Positions 25,563 to 38,204 of a DNA stretch of 64,000 bases are shown here, one piece after another; positions within the stretch are counted from its first letter, which is position 1; each line of letters starts with the position of its first letter. Location: assembly GCF_006345805.1 (NCBI RefSeq), contig NC_043010.1:10788001-10852000 (forward strand), written 5' to 3'. This DNA comes from Octopus sinensis. Taxonomy: Eukaryota. Below the pieces are notes generated by a model, which did no database searches, was not told where the DNA came from, and worked only from the letters and a program-made list of their open reading frames with translations. The position numbers were made by a program, and so were the translations under genes.

Positions 25563-25618
25563 TATATAAACGTGTGGTTGTGTGTGTGTATGTATACACA
25601 CTACTCTACTTATACAAA

Positions 25619-25850
25619 GGCGATGAGCTGGCAGAATCGTTAGCACCTCGGGCAAAATGTTTACCGGTATTTTGTCTGCCACTTCGTTCTGAGTTCAAAT
25701 TCCGCCGAGGTCGACTTTGCCTTTCATCCTTTCGGGGTCGATAAATAAAGTACCAGTTTCGCACTGGGGTCGATGTAATCGACTTAATCCCTTTGTCTGT
25801 CCTTGTTTGTCTCCTCTATGTTTAGCCCCTTGTAGTAAATAAAGAAATAT
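25619..25850 (+). mobile_element. SINE family C with 17-bp TSD
   Basis: TSD tactctacttatacaaa at 25602-25618 and 25850-25866. Confidence 0.9.
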
Positions 25851-26334
25851 ACTCTACTTATACAAACATATTGTTGTGCTCCACTACTGTGCTTACAATG
25901 CACACAGAGCTGTGCACAAACGTGCGTGCACTGCTGTGTTCAAACATGCAGCATGCAGGCCAATACCTATCTGTTACTGCTTACACCTCTCCTTCCATCA
26001 ATTTCCTACCTGACCAATATTTTGCTTCCTATCCACCTCCAATCTACACAGAAATCACAAGCCTTCTAACCATTCCCAGCATCCATTACTCTCTCTTTTA
26101 CTCTTTTACTCTTTTACTTGTTTCAGTCATTTGACTGTGGCCATGCTGGAGCACCGCCTTTAGTCGAGCAAATCGACCCCAGGACTTATTCTTTGTAAAC
26201 CCAGTACTTATTCTATCGGTCTCTTTTGCCGAACCGCTAAGTGACAGGGACGTAAACACACCACCATCGGTTGTCAAGCAATGCTAGGGGGACAAACACA
26301 GACACAAAAACACACACACGCATATATATATATA

Positions 26335-26568
26335 TATTTCTTTACTACCCACAAGGGGCTAAACACAGAGGGGACAAACAAGGACAGACAAACGGATTAA
26401 GTCGATTATATCGACCCCAGTGTGTAACTGGTACTTAATTCATCGACCCCGAAAGGATGAAAGGCAAAGTCGACCTCGGCGGAATTTGAACTCGGAACGT
26501 GACGACAGACGAATACAGCTACGCATTTCCCCCGGCGTGCTAACGTTTCTGCCAGCTCGCCGCCTTTT
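26335..26568 (-). mobile_element. SINE family C (nested)
   Basis: Reverse-complement full copy. Confidence 0.9.
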
Positions 26569-26569
26569 C

Positions 26570-26611
<42 letters not shown>

Positions 26612-26613
<2 letters not shown>

Positions 26614-26845
26614 TTCTTTACTACCCACAAGGGGCTAAACACAGAGGGGACAAACAAGGACAGACAAACGGATTAAGTCGATTATATCGACCCCAGTGTG
26701 TAACTGGTACTTAATTCATCGACCCCGAAAGGATGAAAGGCAAAGTCGACCTCGGCGGAATTTGAACTCGGAACGTGACGACAGACGAAATACAGCTACG
26801 CATTTCGCCCGGCGTGCTAACGTTTCTGCCAGCTCGCCGCCTTTT
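26612..26845 (-). mobile_element. SINE family C (nested, tandem)
   Basis: Near-identical to 26335-26568. Confidence 0.9.
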
Positions 26846-27575
26846 CATATATATATATATATATATATACTTATATACGACGGGCTTCTTTCAGTTTCCG
26901 TCTACCAAATCCACTCACAAGGCTTTGGTCGGCCCGAGGCTATAGTAGAAGACACTTGCCCAAGGTGCCACGGAGTGGGACTGAACCTGGAACCATGTGG
27001 TTGGTAAGCAAGCTACTTACCACACAGCCATCTGTTACTGCATACACCTCTCCTTCCATCAATTTCCTACCTGACCTATATTTTGCTTCCTATCCACCTC
27101 CATTCCTCACAGAAATCTCCTTTACCTAACCATTCCCAGCATCCATTACCATACTATTCTTGAGCAACATGCAGACAGGTTTTCTCTTTCCATTTTCTCA
27201 TTTAATTTCACTGTTCCCTATCTTGAGACAGAGTGACTACCCAAAGTACTGATAATTTTTCCCCCTGTACCATGTGACTTACATGCACAGACTTGACTTT
27301 ATTGTTAAAATATCTGTCATCTCATTTGATTTACTTTTGCTGAGACAAACCTAAAACTGATTCCCAGATTCTGAATTTCATACAGATAATTTATTACCTA
27401 CAAAAACACGGATTATTTATGATGAGTATTATGTTTACTATATCAATTTCCAGCCTTCTCTCAAAATATATGCGTACATATATATATGTGTGTGTGCGCA
27501 TCTGTGTGTATCTATACATTTATATACACATATATGTGTATGCATACATGTATACATGTATATATATATATATAT

Positions 27576-27790
27576 AGTGAATCCTCGAAAAACGAAGAAG
27601 AAACACAAAAAAACAACAACGTGAGGACGTGGTACAGGTAAAGTATTAGCAGAGGCTCAGGGAAGGAAAGAAAGATGGGTTTACGTTTTGAGCAAAGCTC
27701 TTCTTCAGTAACAGGAGACAGAGGAAAGTCCAATAGAAAAGGAAGACAGAGGGAAAAAAATTACCAACGATTCACATGTGGTTACATTTT
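27576..27790 (-). mobile_element. Penelope-like fragment (family P1) with degenerate hammerhead (27679-27712)
   Basis: Minus strand gtta-ctgaaga-a-gagc-ttt-gctc-aaaa-cgt-aaac; TA-flanked; duplicate at ~28960-29170. Confidence 0.55.
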
Positions 27791-27905
27791 ATATAAAAAT
27801 AAACTTACTTGGAAGAAGTATATATATGTATGTATACATACATACATATATATGTGTGTGTGTGTCTGTATTTATATATATTATATATATATATATATGT
27901 ATATA

Positions 27906-27980
<75 letters not shown>

Positions 27981-29291
27981 TTCTTTACTACCCACAAGGG
28001 GCTAAACACAGAGGGGACAAACAAGGACAGACAAACGGATTAAGTCGATTATATCGACCCCAGTGTGTAACTGGTACTTAATTCATCGACCCCGAAAGGA
28101 TGAAAGGCAAAGTCGACCTCGGCGGAATTTGAACTCGGAACGTGACGACAGACGAAATACAGCTACGCATTTCGCCCGGCGTGCTAACGTTTCTGCCAGC
28201 TCGCCGCCTTTTCATATATATATATATATATATATACTTATATACGACGGGCTTCTTTCAGTTTCCGTCTACCAAATCCACTCACAAGGCTTTGGTCGGC
28301 CCGAGGCTATAGTAGAAGACACTTGCCCAAGGTGCCACGGAGTGGGACTGAACCTGGAACCATGTGGTTGGTAAGCAAGCTACTTACCACACAGCCATCT
28401 GTTACTGCATACACCTCTCCTTCCATCAATTTCCTACCTGACCTATATTTTGCTTCCTATCCACCTCCATTCCTCACAGAATTCTCCTTTACACAGAAAT
28501 CACAAGCCTTCTAACCATTCCCAGCATCCATTACCATAATATTCTTGAGCAACATGCAGACAGGTTTTCTCTTTCCATTTTCTCATTTAATTTCACTGTT
28601 CCCTATCTTGAGACAGAGTGACTACCCAAAGTACTGATAATTTTTCCCCCTGTACCATGTGACTTACATGCACAGACTTGACTTTATTGTTAAAATATCT
28701 GTCATCTCATTTGATTTACTTTTGCTGAGACAAACCTAAAACTGATTCCCAGATTCTGAATTTCATACAGATAATTTATTACCTACAAAAACACGGATTA
28801 TTTATGATGAGTATTATGTTTACTATATCAATTTCCAGCCTTCTCTCAAAATATATGCGTACATATATATATGTGTGTGTGCGCATCTGTGTGTATCTAT
28901 ACATTTATATACACATATATGTGTATGCATACATGTATACATGTATATATATATATATATAGTGAATCCTCGAAAAACGAAGAAGAAACACAAAAAAACA
29001 ACAACGTGAGGACGTGGTACAGGTAAAGTATTAGCAGAGGCTCAGGGAAGGAAAGAAAGATGGGTTACGTTTTGAGCAAAGCTCTTCTTCAGTAACAGGA
29101 GACAGAGGAAAGTCCAATAGAAAAGGAAGACAGAGGGAAAAAAATTACCAACGATTCACATGTGGTTACATTTTATATAAAAATAAAAATAAATTACTTG
29201 GAGAAGTATATATATGTATGTATACATACATACATATATATGTGTGTGTGTGTCTGTATTTATATATATTATATATATATATATATGTATA

Positions 29292-29363
<72 letters not shown>

Positions 29364-29364
29364 C

Positions 29365-29780
29365 AGGCATGGCTGTGTGTTAAAAAGATTGCTTCCAACC
29401 ACACAGTTCCAGGTTTAGTACCACTGCATGGCACTTTGGCTAAGTGTCTTCTACTATAGTCTAGGGCCAACCAAAGCCTTTAGTGGATTTGGTAGATTGA
29501 AACTGAAAAAAAAGGCTGTCATATGTGCGTATGTGTGTGTGTCTGTATTTATCACCACCCCACTCCACCACCACCACCACCACCACCACCACAACAGTTT
29601 GAAAAATGATATTGGTGTATTTATATCTCTGTAACTTAGCAGATCTGCAAAAGAAACCGATAAAATAAGTACTAAGGGTACAAAAGAATAAGTCCTGGGG
29701 TCAATTTCTTTCACTAAAACCCTTTTAGGTGGTATTCTAGCATAACCGCAATCAAATGACTGAAACAAGTAAAAAATAGA
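29365..29780 (+). mobile_element. SINE family A, older diverged copy
   Basis: Recognisable head and tail, internal (cac)n. Confidence 0.8.
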
Positions 29781-29802
29781 AGAATAATAGAATAAAAACA
29801 CG

Positions 29803-29859
<57 letters not shown>

Positions 29860-29862
29860 TTT

Positions 29863-30154
29863 GTGCCGGTGGCACATAAAAAGCACCATCCGAGCGTGAC
29901 TGATGCCAGTGGCATGTTAAAAGCACCAACCGATCGTGGCCGCTGTCAGACTCCCCTGGCACCTCTGCCAGTGGCACGTAAAAAGCACCCACTACACTCG
30001 CAGAGTGGTTGGCGTTAGGAAGGGCATCCAGCTGTAGAAACACTGCCAGATCAGACTGGAGCCTGGTGCAGCCTTCTGGCTTCCCAGACCCCAGGTGAAC
30101 CGTCCAACCCATGCCAGCATGGAAAAACGGACGTTAAACAATGATGATGATGAT
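29863..30154 (+). mobile_element. RTE-type 3' UTR or RTE-tailed element
   Basis: Homologous to 5680-5992, (gat)n tail. Confidence 0.7.
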
Positions 30155-30189
30155 GTATGTGTATATTTATGTGTATTCTTGCATCTATG

Positions 30190-30372
30190 ATTGTGCTCCC
30201 ACTATTGCTTGGCCACTGATGCTGGTGTGTTTATGTCCCTGTAACTTAGCAGTTTGGCAAAAGCGACTGATAGAATAAGTACTAGGCTTACAAAGAATAA
30301 GTCCTGTGGTCAATTTCTTTGACTAACACCCTTTCAGGCGGTGCTCTAGCATGATTGCAGTCAAAAGATAAG
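30190..30372 (+). mobile_element. SINE family A 3' half, diverged
   Basis: gatgctggtgtgtttatgtccc...ggcggtgctctagcatg. Confidence 0.75.
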
Positions 30373-30828
30373 AAAATATGTGTGTGTGTGTGTTTATGTG
30401 CAAATTTCTATTTATATGTGTATTTACATGTGTGTGAGTTTTATGTGTATTTATATATGTATTTATATGTATATTTATACGTGTATTTATATGTGTGTGT
30501 TTGTGTGTATGTTTGTGTATGAAGAAGTGGGATTCCAATTTCAAGCTTTGCTGTTACCTGCAATTATAATTAAAGCAAGAGATGTTTGATTGCTGACTAA
30601 CATGCTCTATAATCAAGCACCTTACACCTTAATTATAACTCAATTTATGATAATTAAAACTCAGTTATGGTCAATGTACCGAGTGCCATCTCAAAATACT
30701 TTTACATCAGTTTACTTGACTGATAGCAGGTTCCAATGTTACTACATAGTTGAGTGTTCTGCAGCAGGAAGGACATCAAACTGTAATGAGATAAAAAAAA
30801 AAATTTGATAATTTTCAAAGTTACATAA

Positions 30829-31248
30829 TAGGTGCAAGAGTGGCCGTTTGGTAAGTAGCTTGCTTACCAACCACATGGCTCCAGGTTCAGTCCCACTGCA
30901 TGACTGCATAGAACCTTGGGGCAAATGTCTTCTACTACAGCCTTGGGTCAACCAAAGCCTTGTGAGTGTATTTGGTAGATGGAAACTGAAAGAAGCACAT
31001 CATATATACATATGTGTATATATATATATATATATATAGACATATAGTTAATCCAAACAAGAAAGCACAAAAAAACAGAACAACGCGAGGACGTGGAACA
31101 AATATAGTATTATTGGATGCTCAGGAAAGAAGGGAAGAAGGAGGGTTTAACGTTTCAAGCGGAGCTCTTCGTCAGTAAAATAGGAGAAGGAAAGATCCAG
31201 AGAAAGGAAGACAGAGGAAAAAAAATCGCCAATGGTACACGCGCGGTC

Positions 31249-31279
<31 letters not shown>

Positions 31280-31525
31280 ATATGTGTGTGTGTATGTATG
31301 TATATCTTTGTGACTCTGTGTCTGTCCCCTCCACCAGCATCACTTAACAACCGATGCTGGTGTGTTTACATCCCCATAACTTAGTGGTTCAGCAAAAGAG
31401 ACCAATAGAATAAGTATTAGGCTTACAAAGATTAAGCCCTGGGGTTGATTTGTTTGACTAAAGGCGGTGCTCCAGCATGGCCGCAATCAAATATCTGAAA
31501 AAAGTAAAAGAGTAAAAGAATAAAA
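30829..31525 (+). mobile_element. SINE family A interrupted by a P1 fragment
   Basis: Head 30829-31000, tail 31310-31525. Confidence 0.85.
31045..31250 (-). mobile_element. Penelope-like fragment (family P1) with hammerhead core (31145-31180)
   Basis: Minus strand ttta-CUGACGA-A-GAGC-UCC-GCUU-GAAA-CG-UU-AAAC. Confidence 0.6.
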
Positions 31526-31699
31526 TACAGAATCTTTAAAACATTGGTCGTTTAAAGTTTTGGTACAAGGCTCATAGTTCTGAGAGAGAGGGGGCTGGTC
31601 CCCATAGACCCCAGTGTTTAACTGGTACTTATTTTATTGACCTTGAAAGGATGAAAGGCAAAGTTGACTTTGGCAGTACTTGAACACAGAATGTAAAAT

Positions 31700-31795
31700 A
31701 TGGATGCTGATGTTGATGATGATGAAGATGGTGATGATGATGATTATGACAGTGATGATGGGGATGACGGTGGTCGTGGAGATGATGATGATGAA

Positions 31796-31837
<42 letters not shown>

Positions 31838-31900
31838 GATGATGATGATGACAATTATGACTAAGAAGACAATGAAAATGACTAGGATCATGACAGCAAA

Positions 31901-31937
<37 letters not shown>

Positions 31938-32028
31938 GGATGGGTGTAATGATGCTGATATAAAATGTTGGGAAATAATAGACATTGATAATATGATGAT
32001 GATAATCATCATCGTCATCATCATCATT

Positions 32029-32071
<43 letters not shown>

Positions 32072-32094
32072 ACATCATCACCATCATCATTATC

Positions 32095-32132
<38 letters not shown>
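31700..32132. repeat. (GAT)n then (CAT)n arrays
   Basis: Visible repeat. Confidence 0.95.
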
Positions 32133-32559
32133 TGGCATCGAAATATTTTCATATTTTTTTCTTTCTGTGTTTTTTATGCTTTTGCTTAATCGTAAATAAC
32201 TAGCATTGAAGATGTTCTTTTGTTATAACCGTTGTTGTTGTTGTTGTAACTACTGGGAAAACAATTTTTATGTAATTAACTGTATAGAAGCGAAAAAAAA
32301 AAAAAAAAACAATGAAAAAAAACAAAACAATGAAAAACTAATAAAGAAAGAAAAGAAATAAACAATTTAAAAGAAACTATACACAACCAAGAAAAAAAAA
32401 AAAAAAATTAAAAATTAAATATAAATGTACCGACAACTAGCATGACTGCATCATTGGGAATCTTCTTGGAAGTAAACACTGCAATGAGTAAATATTAGAT
32501 GATTTAATTCAGTTAACCAAGAATATATCAGGGCAATATTCAGATTTATTATCACCTAG

Positions 32560-32711
32560 ATGCTGAAGCTATTTCTCTCTCCTCTGCTGTAACCTCTGAT
32601 AGAAATCACCAAAGAATGGTTGGAGGCGATCATCATATGTCAACAGACGCTGCCGTTGACAAAATTCCATCTCGCAGAAATGGCCTGATAATTCTGTTAT
32701 CGCTGACGTTT
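32560..32711 (+). CDS. Candidate exon (unknown gene; peptide DAEAISLSSAVTSDRNHQRMVGGDHHMSTDAAVDKIPSRRNGLIILLSLTF)
   Basis: cacctag acceptor, GTATGT donor, open frame, CpG-containing unique sequence; no recognisable homology. Confidence 0.2.
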
Positions 32712-32972
32712 GTATGTTCGTTAGTTTTGTCACTTGTGTATGAATGTGTGTGTGTCTGTGTGTGTGTGCGTATGTGTGTGTGTGTGTGTGCGTGTGTGTG
32801 TGTATGTGAACGTGTGTGTGAACGCGTGTGTTTGTTTATTATTTATTCTTCGTGTAGTGGTGAGGGGAAAATACTTATGAGATTGTGAAAGTGAAAGTAG
32901 AAGGATGTCAGAAGGCAAACCTGAACGGCAAACATCCCCACTCCCCGCCACACACACACGCACACACACATA

Positions 32973-33015
<43 letters not shown>

Positions 33016-33573
33016 ATGCAAAAATGCAAAGTGTTCTGACAGACAAATGTGCCTGTATTCACATACTTGCATACATAGTAATTCATTTTGCATGTGATAA
33101 ATGCATGTTGGTATACGCATGTGTGTACATGAGTGTATGGACGGGCATATTTCTCTTGAAAACTGATGTTGATACGCATGTAAGCTCATACTCATATATA
33201 TTCATATTTGGATATAAAACTCATATATTTAATGTCCATATACACAAGCTAAAGTACATTGACAGCTATACTCCCATGCACATACACACGTATACACACA
33301 TGCTCACTTTCACAGTTGAATGTGCATGTAATTCTACACACACATACATTTATTCCTTTAGCATGTGTTAAATGAGTGTCTGTATTTATGTGTATGCATG
33401 TGTATATAGATGCTTGGGTGTGTGTATTTCTCTTGAAAACAAGCATTTATATGCATGTGAGTTCATTCACATATACACTAACATATGCTTATATACTAAC
33501 ATTTAGATATAAATATTCACAAATTTAAAAATTTATATACACAAACTAATGTGCACTGACAGACATATATATA

Positions 33574-33641
<68 letters not shown>

Positions 33642-33674
33642 GACATATATATATATATATACATATATATACTG

Positions 33675-33895
33675 GAGTAAACACATAAATGTGAAACAAG
33701 TTGGAAAAAAGAGTACTCAAATACCAGTGGTAGAGTAATAGGCTTTATTTAAAGCAGCAGAAAATTCCACAAAACCTGTTACTCTGAGTTTTGCGTTGCC
33801 GTTCGTCAGACAGTTTAAAGACTGTCCATCGAATGGCAACGCGAAACTCAGAGTAACAGGTTTTGTGGAATTTTCTGCTGCTTTAAATAAAGTAT
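33675..33895. mobile_element. Penelope-like fold-back fragment (family P2) with two degenerate hammerhead motifs
   Basis: 150-bp hairpin 33743-33892; minus motif 33776-33813 ctgt-CUGACGA-acggcaacgc-aaaa-ctcagag-ta-acag; plus motif 33822-33859. Confidence 0.62.
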
Positions 33896-33911
33896 ACATA
33901 TATATATATAG

Positions 33912-33949
<38 letters not shown>

Positions 33950-34249
33950 TGATATAAACAGCCAAGTGCAATGTGTTACTGTAAAAGAAATCTATAATTG
34001 TCACTAAATGTAACAAAGGGTGTTAGAAACGCCTACAATACTAGAAATAAGAGCTAAAATGCTGTAATGCTGTAGTTAAAGTACATAATAGTATACATAT
34101 ATGCTGACAGGGACAGTAATCACCCGAAACACCTATTGAGAATTATACTGACAGATCAGTTTCTGCTATTTCCGTAGCATCATCAGTAAGAACCACTTGC
34201 TCAGTTGATGCCCTGTTTCTGGTAGTCCAATAAGGATAACTAGGGCTAA

Positions 34250-35238
34250 ATGAGTGGTTGGTGAGAGCAGTATAAGTCATGTACAGGGACTCTGTTAATA
34301 AGGTGAGGGTTGGAAATGAGTACAGTGAAGAATTCAAAGTATTAGTTGGCATTCACCAAGGATCAGTCTTCAGCCGTCTCTTGTTCATCATAGCCGTCCA
34401 GGCAATGGCAGAGGAATTTTAGATGGGCTGACCCTGGAAGATTTTCAATGCTGATGACCTTGTTCTTATCGCTGAATCACTAGCAGAGTTAGAGAAGAAG
34501 TTTCAGGTACAGAAGCAAGGTCTAGAATCAAAGGGCCTTAGAGTTAACCTAGCAAAAATCAATGTCTTAGTTTGCAGGAAGGCAGATAAATCACGAATCC
34601 CTTCAGATAGACGACCCTAGATGATCTGTAGAAAAGGTGTAGGTAGAAACTCTATAATATTTACCTGGTGTAAGCTATGGACACATAAGAGGTGCAGCAA
34701 TATCATGGAAAAGAATTTTTATAAGTGGAAGATGCACAGGTACAATACACACCAAAAATATACAAAAATAGATTCCATCAACTAATACTGGGGTAAGCTA
34801 GAGGTAATAGATAGCATCCATTATCTAGGTGACTAAGTTAGTAGCAGAGCTGGATGTTCTGAGAGTGCAGCTGTGAGAAAAAGAATAGACTGGGTAAAGA
34901 TCAGAGAGCTCCTAGCACTGCTGGTAACAAAGGGCTTCTCCCCCAGAGTGAAAAGCAAATTGTATGATGCCTGTGCGTGAACAGTTAAGCGACACTGCAG
35001 GGAAACATGGGCTGTAACAGCCAAGGACATGTAGGCTTGAAAAAAAAATGTGGCCGGTCTGCTTTGCTGGATGTGCAATGTCAGTGTACATGTACAACAG
35101 AGTGTAAGCATCTTGAGACAAAAGTTAGGCATAAGAGGCAGCAGAGGCTTCAGACATAGCATTCAAGAGAGACAACTGTGCTGGTATGGTCATGTAATGC
35201 ATATGGATGAGGATAGCTGTGTAAAGAAGTGCTGGCAT
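34250..35238 (+). mobile_element. RTE-clade LINE reverse-transcriptase fragment (pseudogene)
   Basis: KVRVGNEYSEEFKVLVGIHQGSVFS.LLFII, ADDLVLIAES (34450), GLRVNLAK, and C-terminal LCWYGHVMHMDEDSCVKKC; multiple stops. Confidence 0.88.
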
Positions 35239-35289
35239 ATATAGATATATACATGCATATATACATACATACATACATATATTCATACA

Positions 35290-35325
<36 letters not shown>

Positions 35326-35329
35326 TATA

Positions 35330-35492
35330 TTCCCTTCTCTGGATCTTTCCTTCTCCTATGTTTCCAATGAAGAGTTCCGCTCGAAACGTTAAACCCTCCT
35401 TCTTTCCTTCTTTCCTGAGCGTCCAATAATACTATATTTGTTCCACGTCCTCGCGTTGTTGTGTTTTTTTGTGTTTTCTTGTTTGGATTAAC

Positions 35493-35495
<3 letters not shown>
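35330..35495 (+). mobile_element. Penelope-like fragment (family P1) with degenerate hammerhead (35360-35394)
   Basis: gttt-ccaatga-a-gagt-tcc-gctc-gaaa-cg-tt-aaac; reverse complement of 31045-31200. Confidence 0.55.
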
Positions 35496-35540
<45 letters not shown>

Positions 35541-35557
35541 GTGTGTGTGTGTGTATA

Positions 35558-36068
35558 TCAGGTCATCCCATAAGTTCTGTCCGATTTTACCTTTTTAAAA
35601 TTGAATGAAATTTAATATTATTTTAGTATGTCTAATGAAATTAAAAATTATTTCTATGTATTTGTGTACATTTAAACTAATTGAATATTATTTTACAGAA
35701 TAATAGAATTAAAATTTCTTTGATTATAACCCTTTTCTAACATGGAAGTATCCAAAAAGCATTTAAGACACATAATGCATTATGAGTACAAAAATAGAAA
35801 CTCTGCGGCTGAAGCGACTTGAAACATACACTCAGTTTATGGTAAAGAATGCTTGAATGAAAGAACTTGCAGAAGATGGTTTGCAAAGTTCAGAAGTGGA
35901 GATTTCAGCCTTGAAGATGAAGATTAAACAGGATGATCAGTTGAGTTTGATGATAAGCTCCTTGAGGCATTATTTGAAAAAAATCCTGCATTATCAGTTG
36001 AAGAATTGGCAATAAAGCTAAGTTCAAACCATACAACTGTTCATCGTCATCTTCAACAACTTGGAAAG
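35558..36068 (+). mobile_element. Mariner 5' fragment (TIR plus HTH region)
   Basis: caggtcatcccataag end; from 35742 MEVSKKHLRHIMHYEY...RTCRRWFAKFRSGDFSLED...HTTVHRHLQQLGK. Confidence 0.88.
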
Positions 36069-36194
36069 CTCGGATTCACACACTTATTGCAGAGGTCCTT
36101 CAGCTTTCCTAAGCTCTGAAAAAGAACTTGGAAGGATGGGCCTCCAACTAAACCATTTGCAATAACCTTAAAGCCAGAAACTGTTCAGCGCCCC

Positions 36195-36520
36195 CTCGTA
36201 TATGTGTGTATATATACATATATATATATATACACAAAAATATCAGTGTGTGTGTTTGTGTGTGTGTGTCTGTTTGTCTGTCTGTATGTATGTATATATG
36301 TCTGTGTTTCTGTGTGCGTGTCTTTGTATCTATTTTTGTCCCTCACTACCATTTGACAACCATTTGGTTGATATATTTACATCCTCCTAATCTAGAAGTC
36401 TGGCAAAAGAGATGGTAAAATAAGCACCAGGATTTGCAAGAAATAATATGTACCGGGGTCAATTCATTCTACTAGCATGGCCACAATCTAATGACTGAAA
36501 AAAGTAAAAGAAAAGAAAAC
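36195..36520 (+). mobile_element. SINE family A 3' half, old
   Basis: Diverged tail ctagcatggccacaatctaatgactgaaaaaagtaaaag. Confidence 0.65.
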
Positions 36521-37518
36521 GATAAAGAAATGTTTGTGTGTGTGTAAGACATTGTAGATCTTTAGCTGGGCTAAAAAGTCACATTCGATCACAGCACCAG
36601 TAACAATTAAGCTTCGTGCAATGGCCATACTCGATAACGAGGGGGCAGCCATAATGTATATATGTATGTATGTATGTATGTATGCATGTATGTATGTATG
36701 TATGTATATATGTATGTATGTATGTATATATGTATGCATGTATGTATGTATGTATGTATGTATATATATGTGAAAATTCTACAGCTACATATTTGACATT
36801 CTCTTTGCCTTGATATAGTGGAGAATTAAAAAAAATATTTTTACATCTTCAAGTTACTGTCTCCTCCCACCTGCATTGTCTAACTATTTCAAACACCCAT
36901 TATTTTGCCTTCCCATTTTGAATTTTTATTTCCATTGACAAAATTTCTCTTAAAATAATTTCTTTCTTCTTTTCTGTTATTGCAGCTAATCTTTTAATTT
37001 CTAGTTTCACTTTCAGTTTGACTTTATACTATTGTTGTTTATATTTTAATTTCTCAATCAACTTTTTCTGAGTTTCATGTTCATATATGCATAATTTTTA
37101 CATTTTATATATAAGCATATTTTTATATATGTATCTATATATATATATATATATAATAAATGTGTGTATATATACATATATAGACATGCATATGTATATA
37201 TATACATTATATGTATATATGTAAGTGATGTATACATATATATATATATATGTATGTATATTTATGGTTATATGTATGTGTTTGTATATATGTATGAATG
37301 TGTGCAGGTGAGTGTGTATGTGTATATGAATACTTTTATACCTGCATATATTTTTATGTCTTTCACATTGGCTTTATTAAGTACTTCTCTGAGAATTCTT
37401 TCCATGTGTAATAAACATTTTTATACTGATACTTTACTTCTTCGCACAAATGTTATTTCTCCCTTTCTCCACTCCTCTCTCTCACTCTCTTTCTTCTTCT
37501 TCTCCTTCTTCTTCTTGC

Positions 37519-37583
<65 letters not shown>

Positions 37584-37650
37584 TACTACTATTATTATTT
37601 TTATTATCATCTTCATTATGATTATTATTATTGTTATTATTATTATTATT

Positions 37651-38204
37651 GAGTGAGAGAGCAGTGCATGCCATCAAAGTGACACTGGGGTAAAATATAC
37701 AAAGCCCAATATACCCATCATGACTACCCATCTGATAAGGGTACACCAGGCACATGCATCACAACCATATGTGCGCGACATGGTGATCTCATATCAAGAT
37801 AAACAGCACATGACCTTGCAGGTGGGGCCCAGTTAGAATTTTCCTCAGGTTGAGTAGCCCATCCTGCTCAAAAGGTCCCTGAATAAGGGTTGTTTAAGGA
37901 TGTTGAAAGAACGACCCATGTTTCCAGAGGTGAATTATTCAAACCCCAAAGAATCCCTCTCAACACATGGCTATGATGCTCCCCAACTACTTCTGCTCGT
38001 GATCAAAGATGCACATATCGTCAGCCACTAAGGAACATGCTCAACTGGTCAAGGTCAAACAACTGACAAGCAAATCTGTGGTATTGAGCAGAATATTTGC
38101 TGTAGCCCATCTTTTATACCAAGACAAAACAATGTACATGATAACACTTCCAATCAGTTAAGATCAGAAGCCATGAGAGCCACTGCCTGGTACTGCATCA
38201 GGGC

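Larger units (their letters stand above)
26086..27030 (-). mobile_element. SINE family A split by two nested SINE C copies
   Basis: Tail half ~26086-26325, head half ~26870-27030. Confidence 0.85.
26612..29350. repeat. Tandem duplication, period ~1367 bp (two copies)
   Basis: 26612-27960 nearly identical to 27979-29350, including SINE C, SINE A head, unique sequence and P1 fragment. Confidence 0.92.

Noticed and set aside
26335-28212. Regularly recurring repeats suggestive of a CRISPR-like array
   Set aside because: Eukaryotic SINE copies and a tandem duplication; no short repeat-spacer architecture.
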